A DNA stretch of 64,000 nucleotides from assembly GCA_025998875.1 (NCBI GenBank), contig AP024675.1:629589-693588 (forward strand). Direction: 5' to 3'. Origin of the DNA: Bacteroidota bacterium. GTDB taxonomy: Bacteria > Bacteroidota > Rhodothermia > JANXDC01. The first letter of the stretch is position 1. The number at the start of each line of letters is the position of its first letter. Positions 18,487-28,039 of the stretch are shown one piece after another. The notes under the pieces are model-generated. The model was not told the origin of the DNA, did not search any database, and worked only from the letters and a program-made list of their open reading frames with translations. The translations under genes and the position numbers were made by a program.

Positions 18487-18996
18487 CTATTGCGGGGCTC
18501 GCATGCGCACGAAGTCCTCAAAGGGCATGCGCTCAAAGGCCCGCTCGCCCACATAGCGCAGGATGAGCAGAAACCGATCCGGGGGATGATACCCGGGCAG
18601 AGGAGCGATAAGCGTCCCGTCCGGCTCCAGAAACAGCGTGGTCGGATACCCCGATACCCGGAAGGCGCGCGCCAGCTGCGCCGGGGTCACGGTCTGTCCT
18701 CGAAACACAAACCGGCTCTCTGTATCCTCGGCGTTAAGGCGTATGGGTACGAACGTGCGCCCCAGATAGGCCTGCACATCGGATCGGCTGTAGACCTCCC
18801 GATCCATACGCCGACACCAGGAGCACCAATCCGTATAGACCGCTATGAGCATCGGTTTCCCTGACCGGCGGGCTTCTTCTAGTCCGGAGGCCGGGTCGAA
18901 CCATCGAAACTCCGGCGACTGCGCTCGCACGGGCAGAGACATCCCCACCACCAGGAGAACCCAGAACAGCTGTGCTCTGTAGAGCAGACCGTGCAT
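18487..18996 (-). CDS. secreted thioredoxin-fold protein (CxxC; Thioredoxin_7-like)
   Basis: Signal-peptide-like N-terminus and a WCSWC motif in ...KPMLIAVYTDWCSWCRRMDREV... ATG verified at 18996; the track ORF extends to 19077. Confidence 0.7.
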   Translation of the reverse strand: MHGLLYRAQLFWVLLVVGMSLPVRAQSPEFRWFDPASGLEEARRSGKPMLIAVYTDWCSWCRRMDREVYSRSDVQAYLGRTFVPIRLNAEDTESRFVFRGQTVTPAQLARAFRVSGYPTTLFLEPDGTLIAPLPGYHPPDRFLLILRYVGERAFERMPFEDFVRMRAPQ

Positions 18997-19000
18997 GACG

Positions 19001-21019
19001 CTATAGCCCTTTGTTCCACGGCCGCATGGAAGCAACAGGGGATCCATTTCGGGTTTGCAGAGCCTCCAGAAGGGCACGAGCGCGCTCCAATACGTGCTCT
19101 ACGGTGAACCCGAACTGGGCAAACAGGACCTCGCCGGGAGCGGAGGCGCCAAAGCGATCCAGCCCGATTACGGCATCGGCGTAGCGCTCCCATCCCAGCG
19201 TGGCGCCCGCCTCGATGGCCAGCCGGGGCACCCCTTCCAGGAGCACCTGGGCACGGTAGGATTCCGGCTGCTGGGCGAAAAGCTCCCAGCAGGGCATGCT
19301 CACCACGCGGGCCGAGACCCCTTCCTCAAGCAACCGCTCCCAAGCAGCCACCGCCAGTGCGACCTCGGATCCCGTGGCCAGAAGCAGCAGCTGTGGCGAG
19401 GGGGCATCCCGGAGCACGTATCCCCCCCGAAGCACGGCCTCCGTGTCCGTGCCTGCGAGCACGGGCACGGGCTGTCGGGTAAGGGCCAGCACCGTGGGCC
19501 CATCGCGCCGTTCCAGGGCGATGCGCCAGGCGTAGACCGTTTCGTTCGCATCGGCGGGCCGGATAACCCAGCAGTTCGGCATCGCCCGCAAGGAGGCCAG
19601 GTGTTCTACGGGCTGATGCGTGGGCCCGTCTTCCCCAAGCCCGATGGAATCGTGGGTGCAGACGAACACCGTGGGTAGATGGGAAAGGGCGGCGATGCGA
19701 ATTGCGGGTCGCATGTAGTCGCTGAAGACCAAGAAGGTGCCCACGTACGGGCGCAACCCGCTCAGGGCCAGCCCGTTGGCGATAGCGGCCATGGCATGCT
19801 CCCGCACACCAAAGTGGACATACCGCCCCGAAAAATCCTCTTTACGGAACGCGTTCACCTCCGAGGGCCGGGTGTTGTTCGAGGGCGTCAAGTCAGCCGA
19901 ACCACCCAGCAGACGGGGAGCCCGAGGAACAGCCACCTCAAGTACCTTCCCCGAAGCCGCGCGTGTGGCCAGCTTCACGCCGACCGGAAAACGGGGGCGA
20001 TCTTCCCACCAGTCCAGATCCCCCTGCCCCGCAAGCACCCGATCCAGTTCGTGCGCTTCTTCAGGATAAGCCTTGCGATAGCGGGCCAGCAACTTCCTCC
20101 ACCGGTTTTCCTGGATCCGACCCCGGCGAAGGGCCCGGCGGAAATAGCGCAACACGGACTCCTCGACCACGAAATCCGCATCCGGAGGAAATCCGAAGCG
20201 CATCTTGACCAGACGGACCTCCTCCGGGCCCAAGGGTTCTCCGTGGGCTTTGGCTGTATCCTGTTTGTTCGGGCTACCGTATCCGATATGGGTGCGGACC
20301 TGCAGCAGGGCCGGCCGACCGGCCTGCAGGGCACCCCGGATGGCCTTGCGCAGCATACCCAGATGATTGCCATCGGGTACCCGACGCACATACCACCCGT
20401 AGGCCCGGTACCGAGCCGCCACATCCTCGCTCCAGGCTAGATCCGTCGGCCCATCGATCGTAATGCGGTTATCGTCGTAGAGCACAATCAGATTGTCCAG
20501 TCCCCAGTGCCCGGCCAGGGAGGAGGCCTCGGCGGTAATGCCTTCCATCAGGTCGCCATCGGAAGCCAACACGAAGACCCGGTAATCAAAGAGCGGGAAA
20601 CCCGGCCGGTTAAAGCGAGCGGCCAGATGCTTGCCCGCCGCCGCCATCCCCACCGCCGTGGCCAGACCCTGGCCCAGAGGACCGGTGGTCGTCTCCACGC
20701 CCGGGGTGAGCCCGTATTCGGGATGTCCGGGCGTACGGCTTCCCCACTGCCGAAACTGCTTGAGCTCCTCTATCGTCAACCCGTAGCCGGTCAGATACAA
20801 CAGGGCATAGAGCAGCATGGAGCCGTGCCCGGCCGAGAGCACAAAGCGATCCCGGTTGGGCCAGTGCGGATTGCCCGGGTTATGGCGCAGAAACTCGGTC
20901 CAGAGCACATAGGCCATAGGCGCAGCCCCCATAGGCATACCCGGATGTCCGGACCGAGCCCGTTCAACGGCGTCCACAGCCAGCAATCGGATCGTATTAA
21001 TGGCTCTTTCGTGGTTCAT
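19001..21019 (-). CDS. tkt: transketolase
   Basis: 672 aa; N-terminus ...[19 protein letters not shown]... and ThDP-binding motifs. Confidence 0.95.
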   Translation of the reverse strand: MNHERAINTIRLLAVDAVERARSGHPGMPMGAAPMAYVLWTEFLRHNPGNPHWPNRDRFVLSAGHGSMLLYALLYLTGYGLTIEELKQFRQWGSRTPGHPEYGLTPGVETTTGPLGQGLATAVGMAAAGKHLAARFNRPGFPLFDYRVFVLASDGDLMEGITAEASSLAGHWGLDNLIVLYDDNRITIDGPTDLAWSEDVAARYRAYGWYVRRVPDGNHLGMLRKAIRGALQAGRPALLQVRTHIGYGSPNKQDTAKAHGEPLGPEEVRLVKMRFGFPPDADFVVEESVLRYFRRALRRGRIQENRWRKLLARYRKAYPEEAHELDRVLAGQGDLDWWEDRPRFPVGVKLATRAASGKVLEVAVPRAPRLLGGSADLTPSNNTRPSEVNAFRKEDFSGRYVHFGVREHAMAAIANGLALSGLRPYVGTFLVFSDYMRPAIRIAALSHLPTVFVCTHDSIGLGEDGPTHQPVEHLASLRAMPNCWVIRPADANETVYAWRIALERRDGPTVLALTRQPVPVLAGTDTEAVLRGGYVLRDAPSPQLLLLATGSEVALAVAAWERLLEEGVSARVVSMPCWELFAQQPESYRAQVLLEGVPRLAIEAGATLGWERYADAVIGLDRFGASAPGEVLFAQFGFTVEHVLERARALLEALQTRNGSPVASMRPWNKGL

Positions 21020-21151
21020 GAAAACCGATCTCCCTCGGGCCTATCACAGCAAAAATCCGTCCCCTATCCGGCCCGAGGCAACGGTTTCCAGATCGTTACA
21101 CCACAACCTCGGATCGTGCCGTATTTTTTCCCTCCCAGCTAGAGGTGCCTC

Positions 21152-22519
21152 ATGCTTCGGTTCCTGGCAAGATGGCTGTTTTTCGGCTGTGTTGCGCTTC
21201 CCCTCCGAGCACAGCCGCTGGATTCGGCCGCGATCGTAGGCACATATCGGCTCATCGCAGAACGTATCATCCAGGAAGCCACCCGGGATAGTTTCGCCTA
21301 CCGACGGCTGGCCGAACTCTGTGATCGCTTCGGACCCCGTTTCAGCGGCACGGAGAACCTAGAGCGGGCCATAGACTGGATTTTGGAGCAGATGCGAGCC
21401 GATGGACTGGAAAACGTTCGGGGAGAGCCTGTCTCCGTCCCCCGCTGGGTGCGGGGTCGGGAGTCGATCGAGATGCTGGAACCCCGCTACCGCCAGCTGC
21501 CCATGCTCGGGCTGGGCGGCAGTATAGGCACCCCTCCGGAGGGTATTACGGCCGAGGTGCTGGTCGTGGGCTCTTTTGAGGAGCTGCGGCGCCGTGCTTC
21601 GGAGGCCCAAGGAAAGATCGTGCTCTTCAATGTGCCCTTTACGACCTATGGGGAAACGGTACGCTACCGGACTCAGGGGGCCATCGAGGCGGCGCGCTTC
21701 GGCGCGGTGGCCAGCCTGATCCGCTCCGTAACCCCTTTCTCCATGCAGACCCCGCATACGGGCTCTATGAGCTATGATCCTGGGGTACCGCGCATACCTC
21801 ATGCGGCGATCACCGTCGAAGATGCCGAACTCATCGCCCGGCTGCAGGCGCGGGGAGAGCGCGTACGCCTGCGGCTGCGCATGGAGGCGCGCACCCTGCC
21901 GGATACCCTGTCCCGAAACGTGATCGCCGAACTGGTCGGCCGGGAAAAACCCGATGAAGTGGTCGTGCTGGGTGGCCACATCGATTCCTGGGACGTCGGA
22001 CAGGGCGCCATGGACGACGCCGGAGGATGCGTGGCGGCCTGGGAGGCGGTGCGGCTGCTCAAAAACCTGGGGCTCCGACCCCGGCGTACCATCCGGGTGG
22101 TGCTCTGGACAAACGAGGAAAACGGCCTCCGGGGCGCCACGGCATATGCGGCACGACACAACCCGGATCAGCATGTGTTGGCCATAGAATCCGATGCGGG
22201 GGTTTTCCGTCCGCTGGGCTTCGGCTTTTCAGGCTCAGAGGAAGCCTACAAGCTTGTGCGCGCCATCGGCACCCTGCTCGATCCCATAGGGGCCGGACGG
22301 ATCACGCGCGGCGGCGGAGGGGCAGACATCGGCCCGCTCATGCGTCGAGGCGTGCCCGGAATGGGGCTCGTTGTGGATGGCACGCGCTACTTCTGGTACC
22401 ATCACACCGAGGCCGATACGGTCGATAAGCTCGACCCCGGAGAGCTCAACCTGTGCGTGGCCGCCATGGCCGTGATGGCCTACGTAGTTGCCGACCTGCC
22501 TGAACCGCTACCCCGCTAG
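21152..22519 (+). CDS. secreted M28-family metallopeptidase (aminopeptidase-like)
   Basis: Signal peptide; ...VVLGGHIDSWDVGQGAMDDAGG... and ...WTNEENGLRGA... are M28 zinc-ligand motifs. Confidence 0.75.
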   Translation: MLRFLARWLFFGCVALPLRAQPLDSAAIVGTYRLIAERIIQEATRDSFAYRRLAELCDRFGPRFSGTENLERAIDWILEQMRADGLENVRGEPVSVPRWVRGRESIEMLEPRYRQLPMLGLGGSIGTPPEGITAEVLVVGSFEELRRRASEAQGKIVLFNVPFTTYGETVRYRTQGAIEAARFGAVASLIRSVTPFSMQTPHTGSMSYDPGVPRIPHAAITVEDAELIARLQARGERVRLRLRMEARTLPDTLSRNVIAELVGREKPDEVVVLGGHIDSWDVGQGAMDDAGGCVAAWEAVRLLKNLGLRPRRTIRVVLWTNEENGLRGATAYAARHNPDQHVLAIESDAGVFRPLGFGFSGSEEAYKLVRAIGTLLDPIGAGRITRGGGGADIGPLMRRGVPGMGLVVDGTRYFWYHHTEADTVDKLDPGELNLCVAAMAVMAYVVADLPEPLPR

Positions 22520-22536
22520 CCATGGGCGGTGCGATC

Positions 22537-22821
22537 TCAGCAGAAGACCACCTCTTCGATCACCGGCCTGCTGAGTCGTTCGTTGATCCGATCGCGCCAG
22601 TGCGAGCGGGCCAGATGTAGCTCCTGACGCCAGACCGGGCTAGAGACCTGCACGTAGAGACGCCCCCGTTCGACCCACACCCTCTTGGTGACGCGCGCAA
22701 TCTGGGGTCCAGCCAGCTCGAACCACTCCACCACAGCCCGGGCCTCGTAGAAAGGCTTCTCTAGGCCGGCTTGGACGATCCAAGCTTCCAGCGCCTGGGC
22801 AAGCGTTGTGGGCTTAGCCAT
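22537..22821 (-). CDS. DUF721 (DciA-like) protein
   Basis: 94 aa immediately downstream of, and overlapping, recF, as is typical for DUF721 in Bacteroidetes-type genomes. Confidence 0.55.
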   Translation of the reverse strand: MAKPTTLAQALEAWIVQAGLEKPFYEARAVVEWFELAGPQIARVTKRVWVERGRLYVQVSSPVWRQELHLARSHWRDRINERLSRPVIEEVVFC

Positions 22822-23959
22822 GATCGATCTCCCGCGGATCGGGTTGTACCCGGGGCTGAATCTCCAGCACCACGACCTCCGATTTCGTTTCGGCCAGATC
22901 GGGCACCTCGGTAGCGCTCAGAAACACCTGTCCGAAACCCCCTCGGGCGAGTACCTGCAGGAAAGCCGCGCTCCGGTGGGCATCCAGATCTCCCAGCACA
23001 TCATCAAGCAACAACAAGGGGCGCTCCTCGAGCACCGCTTCCAGATAGGCATACTGCGCCCACTTGAGCGCCAGCAACAGCGTGCGGTGCTGTCCCTGGG
23101 AGGCATAGCGGCGCACCTCGATATCATCGAGGTAGAAGATGAGCTCATCGCGGTGCGGGCCCAGCAGCGTACGAGCCTGGCGGCGCTCCAGGGGCCAGAT
23201 ATCCCGCAATGCCGTCCCGAAGCGCTCGGCTACCTCTTCCAGGCTGGCTGCCCCTTCCAGGGCGAAAGAAGGCCGGTAACGGATGCGGGGTTCCTCGCTC
23301 ACCTGGGCCACCTGCTCATAGGCGCGACGCAGCAAGTCCTGAAAAGCCTCCACGAACTGCATCCGACGCCAGACAATCCGGGAACCGTAGTGGATAAGCG
23401 CGTAATTCCATGGCTCCAGCACCTCCAGCCACGCGGTACCCCTTTCATGCCTGTGCGCCCACAGGAGCGCGTTGCGCTGCCGCATCGCCCGTCGGTAGGC
23501 CAGCAGATCTTCCAGATACAGGGGGCTGGCTTGGCTGATCACCGTATCTAGAAAGCGCCGGCGCTCCTCGGGCCCATCCATGGTCAGGCGTCGGTCATGC
23601 GGGGCGAAAACGACGACCGGAAAACGGCCCACCAGATCGGCAAGCCGCTCCAGAGGGGCCATGTTGATCCAGAAACGCTTGCCCGTTTCAGGATGATACT
23701 GCACACGCACCGTACGCTCGGCCCCCTGATCGGTCTCAAAGACCCCCTCCAGCTCAAAAAACGGCCTGCCAAACTGCACCAGATGGCGGTCCTCGACCCC
23801 CAGAAAACTCTTACTGAGGCACAGCACGTAGATGGCCTCCAAGACATTGGTCTTACCCCGGCCATTGGGCCCGACGAGCAGGTTCAGCCCGGGACCGAAG
23901 ACCAGATGGCTGTCCGCGTGAGCCCGAAAATAACGCAACCGCAAGCTTCGCAAGCGCAT
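22814..23959 (-). CDS. recF: DNA replication and repair protein RecF
   Basis: Walker A (LLVGPNGRGKTNVLEAI) and the rest of the ABC-ATPase RecF family pattern. ATG verified at 23959; the track ORF extends to 24064. Confidence 0.9.
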   Translation of the reverse strand: MRLRSLRLRYFRAHADSHLVFGPGLNLLVGPNGRGKTNVLEAIYVLCLSKSFLGVEDRHLVQFGRPFFELEGVFETDQGAERTVRVQYHPETGKRFWINMAPLERLADLVGRFPVVVFAPHDRRLTMDGPEERRRFLDTVISQASPLYLEDLLAYRRAMRQRNALLWAHRHERGTAWLEVLEPWNYALIHYGSRIVWRRMQFVEAFQDLLRRAYEQVAQVSEEPRIRYRPSFALEGAASLEEVAERFGTALRDIWPLERRQARTLLGPHRDELIFYLDDIEVRRYASQGQHRTLLLALKWAQYAYLEAVLEERPLLLLDDVLGDLDAHRSAAFLQVLARGGFGQVFLSATEVPDLAETKSEVVVLEIQPRVQPDPREIDHG

Positions 23960-24006
23960 ACGAAAAAAATACACCGACACCCTTTCCCCCGGCCAGGAGA
24001 GGGGCG

Positions 24007-24036
24007 AAAAAAAAGCGGCCGGAAGGCTCCGGCCGC
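24007..24036 (-). terminator. intrinsic terminator downstream of glnA
   Basis: A8 run, then GCGGCCGGA-AGGC-TCCGGCCGC on the plus strand, which is a stem followed by U8 on the minus transcript. Confidence 0.7.
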
Positions 24037-24060
24037 CGCGGGGTTCCGGTACAGGGGCGT

Positions 24061-25512
24061 TCAAACGTCAAAGTACAGCATGAACTCATGCGGGTGGGGC
24101 CGCATGCGCAGCTGCTGTACCTCATTGTCGTACTTGTATTTGATCCAGGCCGCGATCGTATCCTCACTGAACACCTCCCCGACGAGCAGGAACTCGTGAT
24201 CCCGCTCCAGGGCCTCGAGGGCCTCTTCCAGCGATTTGGGCGCCTGAGGCAGGGCGGCCAACTCAGCCGGATCGAGATGGTAGATGTCCTTATCCACCGG
24301 CTCGCCCGGATCGATCCGGTTGCGGATACCGTCCAGGCCCGCCAGTAGCAGAGCGGAAAAGGCCAGGTACGGATTGCAGGAGGGATCCGGGAAGCGGGCC
24401 TCTATGCGTTTGGCCTTTGGGCTGTCGGAGTAGACGGGGATCCGCACAGCCGCGCTGCGGTTGCGCGCCGAATAGACCAGGTTCACCGGGGCCTCAAAGC
24501 CGGGCACCAGCCGGCGGAAGGAGTTCGTGGTGGGATTGGTAAAGGCGATCACGGCCGGGGCGTGATGCAAAATCCCGCCGATAAACCAGAGCGCCAGCTG
24601 ACTCAAGCCGGCATATCCGTCGCCGAAGAAAAGAGGCTGCCCTTCTTTCCAGAGCGAGATGTGCACGTGCATGCCCGAGCCGTTGTCACCGAAAATGGGC
24701 TTGGGCATGAACGTGACGGTTTTGCCGTACTTCCAGGCCGTGTTCTTGACGATGTACTTGTAGTTGAGCAGCGCATCGGCGCAGCGCAACAGGGGCTGAT
24801 AGCGGATGTCGATCTCGCACTGGCCACCGGAGGCCACCTCGTGATGCTGCGCCTCGACTTCGATGCCGATGGAGAGCATATGAAGCACCATCTCGGCGCG
24901 CAGATTCTGCAGGGAGTCGGTGGGCGGCACGGGGAAGTATCCGCCTTTGGTGGTGGGCTTATACCCCAGGCTGTCGTGCCGGCCCCGGTTCCAGAAACCC
25001 TCATCGGAATCGAGCTTATAGAAGGCGTGATTGGGGCCCTCGTCAAAAGAGGCGTGATCGAAGACGAAGAACTCCGCCTCGGGGCCGAAATAGGCCACAT
25101 CGGCGATCCCGGTCTGCTTCAGGTAGCGTTCGGCCCGGCGCGCAATGCCCCGGGGACAGCGGGGAAAGGGCTCCAGGGTGCCCGGCTCATGAATCTCCCC
25201 CAACACGACCACGGTTTTGTGCGCAAAAAACGGATCCACAAAAGCCGTCGTCGGATCCGGGAGCACGAGCATATCGGATTCGTGGATGCTCTTCCAGCCC
25301 CGAATAGAGGAGCCATCGAAGCCCACCCCCTCGTCGAAGATCTCCGGCTTGAAGTGGGCCACGGGAATGGAAAAGTGCTGCTGCTGGCCCAGGAAATCGA
25401 CAAACCGGATGTCGACCATCTGGGCCCCGTTTTGCTCGATGAGCTCGAATACCTGCCGGATCGCCTCCCGGCGGAGCTCCACGGGCATGTCCATGATAAG
25501 CGGCGGCGTCAT
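24061..25512 (-). CDS. glnA: glutamine synthetase, type I
   Basis: 483 aa; GS motifs FDGSSIRGW, MHVHISLW and the ATP-binding region. ATG verified at 25512. Confidence 0.9.
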   Translation of the reverse strand: MTPPLIMDMPVELRREAIRQVFELIEQNGAQMVDIRFVDFLGQQQHFSIPVAHFKPEIFDEGVGFDGSSIRGWKSIHESDMLVLPDPTTAFVDPFFAHKTVVVLGEIHEPGTLEPFPRCPRGIARRAERYLKQTGIADVAYFGPEAEFFVFDHASFDEGPNHAFYKLDSDEGFWNRGRHDSLGYKPTTKGGYFPVPPTDSLQNLRAEMVLHMLSIGIEVEAQHHEVASGGQCEIDIRYQPLLRCADALLNYKYIVKNTAWKYGKTVTFMPKPIFGDNGSGMHVHISLWKEGQPLFFGDGYAGLSQLALWFIGGILHHAPAVIAFTNPTTNSFRRLVPGFEAPVNLVYSARNRSAAVRIPVYSDSPKAKRIEARFPDPSCNPYLAFSALLLAGLDGIRNRIDPGEPVDKDIYHLDPAELAALPQAPKSLEEALEALERDHEFLLVGEVFSEDTIAAWIKYKYDNEVQQLRMRPHPHEFMLYFDV

Positions 25513-25516
25513 AGCG

Positions 25517-26014
25517 CTACTCCTGTTTTTGGGGTTCTGCGGAAACCGTATCGGAAAGCCCGATGGGCAGAGCGCGCGTCTCTTTGAACGTGGACAACAC
25601 AATGCTCGTTTGCGTCTGCTTGACCCCGGGCCAGGCCTGAATGGTGGACAACAAGCGCTCCAGGGTCGTGGTGTTCCGGGTGCGGACCTTGAGCAGGTGC
25701 GACCCCTCCCCCGTGATGGAATGACACTCCAGCACCTCCGGTAAGGCCGTCGCCCGCTCTACAAAACCCGCATAATACGGGGATCCATCGACAAAGACCC
25801 GGATGAAGGCCGTGATATCGATGCCCAGCGCTTTGTGGGCCACCACGGCGTGATAGCCTTCAATGAATCCACGGGCCTCCAGCTTGCGCATGCGTTCCGA
25901 CAGGGCCGGCAACGACAAACCGACGCGCTCGGCCAGTTCGGTGCGCTTCATGCGCCCATGCTCCTGCAGAAGCTGCAGAATCTGCAGGTCGATGGCATCA
26001 AGCTCGTGATGCAT
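25517..26014 (-). CDS. Lrp/AsnC-family transcriptional regulator
   Basis: HTH (LDAIDLQILQLLQEHGRMKRTELAERVGLS) plus an RAM/ACT-like C-terminus; 165 aa. It ends 4 nt before the glnA start. Confidence 0.85.
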   Translation of the reverse strand: MHHELDAIDLQILQLLQEHGRMKRTELAERVGLSLPALSERMRKLEARGFIEGYHAVVAHKALGIDITAFIRVFVDGSPYYAGFVERATALPEVLECHSITGEGSHLLKVRTRNTTTLERLLSTIQAWPGVKQTQTSIVLSTFKETRALPIGLSDTVSAEPQKQE

Positions 26015-26039
26015 AACTCACTTTCATAAGGTCGATGCG

Positions 26040-26068
26040 AATATCGGCGGAACTTTCTTATATGTCAA
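26040..26068 (-). promoter_or_regulatory. sigma70-like promoter for the lrp-glnA operon
   Basis: On the minus strand: TTGACA, a 17-nt spacer, then GATATT, about 25 nt upstream of the lrp ATG, in a locally AT-rich stretch. Confidence 0.45.
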
Positions 26069-26231
26069 GCGGAAAAATCAGAACTTTTTCAGGTATATCC
26101 CCTGCCGAACTGCAAAAACGATCAGCGCCCCAACATATCCCCGGAAGACCCGCCGTGGAGGGCAGAGGGGCCTTTCTGCGGCGGGAAGCCGCCCATCCCG
26201 GCCGATTCAGTAGAACAGGAAGGAGAAAGGA

Positions 26232-26261
26232 GAAAAAAATCCGGCGAGCACGACTCGCCGG
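26232..26261 (-). terminator. intrinsic terminator downstream of tRNA-Asp
   Basis: CCGGCGAG-CACGA-CTCGCCGG, preceded on the plus strand by an A7T run, so U-rich on the minus transcript. Confidence 0.7.
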
Positions 26262-26282
26262 ATGGATCCGAACCGGATTTTG

Positions 26283-26356
<74 letters not shown>

Positions 26357-26400
26357 AGAAGCAGAGCAAATATAGCACCCCGCCCAACACCGCGCAAGGC

Positions 26401-26649
26401 TCAGGCGGGGGTATTCGAATCAGGGCGATAGAGGATCGCCACCACAACTTGCCCAACCCCCCCCAGAATGAGCAGGGGAGAAAGGTAGAGGGAGATCCAG
26501 CCGTCGACGGCGTTCTCCAAGCGCATGGCCACAAAACCCACCAGGATGAGCCCTACCCCGATCAGTAACAGCAGGTAGTTGATGGGCTCAAAGGGCAGGG
26601 AGCGAACCCCTCGGCTCGAGGATATCCGCCGCCGTCTCTGTTGCGCCAT
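26401..26649 (-). CDS. small membrane protein, DUF3098-like
   Basis: 82 aa with two TM helices (...INYLLLLIGVGLILVGFVAM...). ATG verified at 26649. Confidence 0.5.
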   Translation of the reverse strand: MAQQRRRRISSSRGVRSLPFEPINYLLLLIGVGLILVGFVAMRLENAVDGWISLYLSPLLILGGVGQVVVAILYRPDSNTPA

Positions 26650-26698
26650 AACGCCTCTCCTTGGGTATACAAAATATCTGGCAAACCCGCACACAAAC

Positions 26699-27883
26699 TC
26701 AATCCTCGATACGGCGCAGCTCAACACGGCGCTGCAAACGCAGGGAATCCCCCATGGTTCCCTCCCAGGATCCCTCCAGGAAGACCACATCACCCCGCTC
26801 TGGATCCCAGCTCAGGCGCACCTGTCCTTCGGGCAGGGCCCTTCCGCGCTGACGGGGCCGAAGATGCAGCCAGGAGTGATCTTCGTCGATGTTCCCGGAA
26901 AAGAACCACAGACCATAGGCCCATCCCGCTTGCCCCTCCCGTTCTCCCCATTCTCTCCATTCGGCCATCTGCGGCCCGAAAGCCCAGAATAGGTCTTCCG
27001 GCAACAGAGGAATGGGCACCTGAGTACGGACAGACCACGCATGGACATCGGCGCTGAAGCGGATGGTGCCGAGCCGCATATCCAGCCGGCCAACGAGCAC
27101 GCGATCCCGGCCGGGCTGCCAGAAATCCGGTCCTCTCCATCCCCATCCGGATGGGGCCGAAACCAGCTCGAAGCCCTCTCGGGGATCTCCGAAGAGGTAG
27201 AATTGCCGTTCCAGCTCCACCCAGCCATCCCGGTACAGCACCGCACGCGTGCGCGCAAAAGCCGGGGGCAGTCCATCCAGACGCAGACGCCCTCCCGGAT
27301 CCCTATCCAGCTCCAGGCCCAGAAGCAAGATCTCAACCCCGATGCGGTCATACCCCGCATAGATGACCCGCATACGGAAGTGTGTCTCCACATCCAGCCG
27401 GATTTTCTTGACCGCACGCCCTCGTCCCACCTCCAGATACACGATCTGGCGATATCGATATACACCGCTCCAGCGGGGGCCGAAATGCGTCCACGCAGGA
27501 GGCAGATAGACGCGCACGCGCCATTCCCACCAAGGTCGGTGGGCGACGATCGTGCAGGCGAACGAGCGACACTGCCGGCAATAGCGCTGCTCCCCACGCG
27601 CCTGCGTCTGCGATTGCGAGCCGCGCGCCGATCGGTTCGAGGCGGCCTGATCCGACGGCCAGGCTGGGGGCTGGGCCATGGGAACATTTTGTCCCCGCGC
27701 TCGCTCAGGAGCCCATACGACGGAGGAAGGCCGGCTCGGATCCCGCGGCGGAGCCCAGTACCCGTCCCGGGAACGAATCCGCTCCAGGTCTATACGCCGA
27801 GTTCTCAGGGTGTCTTCATCGACCGGATGCCGATACATCACGCTCCCCAGAACCAGCCACGCAAAGACAAGCATCCCGCACAT
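26699..27883 (-). CDS. hypothetical Trp/Arg-rich protein with N-terminal signal anchor
   Basis: A long ORF with no motif I recognise. I chose the start at ATG 27883 (MCGMLVFAWLVLGSVM...). The track start at 28051 would overlap the divergent cdd start. Confidence 0.4.
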   Translation of the reverse strand: MCGMLVFAWLVLGSVMYRHPVDEDTLRTRRIDLERIRSRDGYWAPPRDPSRPSSVVWAPERARGQNVPMAQPPAWPSDQAASNRSARGSQSQTQARGEQRYCRQCRSFACTIVAHRPWWEWRVRVYLPPAWTHFGPRWSGVYRYRQIVYLEVGRGRAVKKIRLDVETHFRMRVIYAGYDRIGVEILLLGLELDRDPGGRLRLDGLPPAFARTRAVLYRDGWVELERQFYLFGDPREGFELVSAPSGWGWRGPDFWQPGRDRVLVGRLDMRLGTIRFSADVHAWSVRTQVPIPLLPEDLFWAFGPQMAEWREWGEREGQAGWAYGLWFFSGNIDEDHSWLHLRPRQRGRALPEGQVRLSWDPERGDVVFLEGSWEGTMGDSLRLQRRVELRRIED

Positions 27884-28039
27884 GGCAACATCCTTTCGAC
27901 AGAAGACGCGCGTTTTTTCTTCAGAGAGCATGCCAGTCGTGGCAAATACCTGCTGAGGTTGTATTTTCTCCGAGTGGGGATCGTACCGCTGTCCGACTTT
28001 CCGGACAGCTCTGTCCCCCGCACAGAAGGAAAAACGACG

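Noticed and set aside
27041-28039. 5' two-thirds of the 597-aa track ORF that ends as cdd
   Set aside because: That part lies antisense to the 26699..27883 gene and has no CDA similarity. The CDA homology and a plausible ATG begin at 28040.
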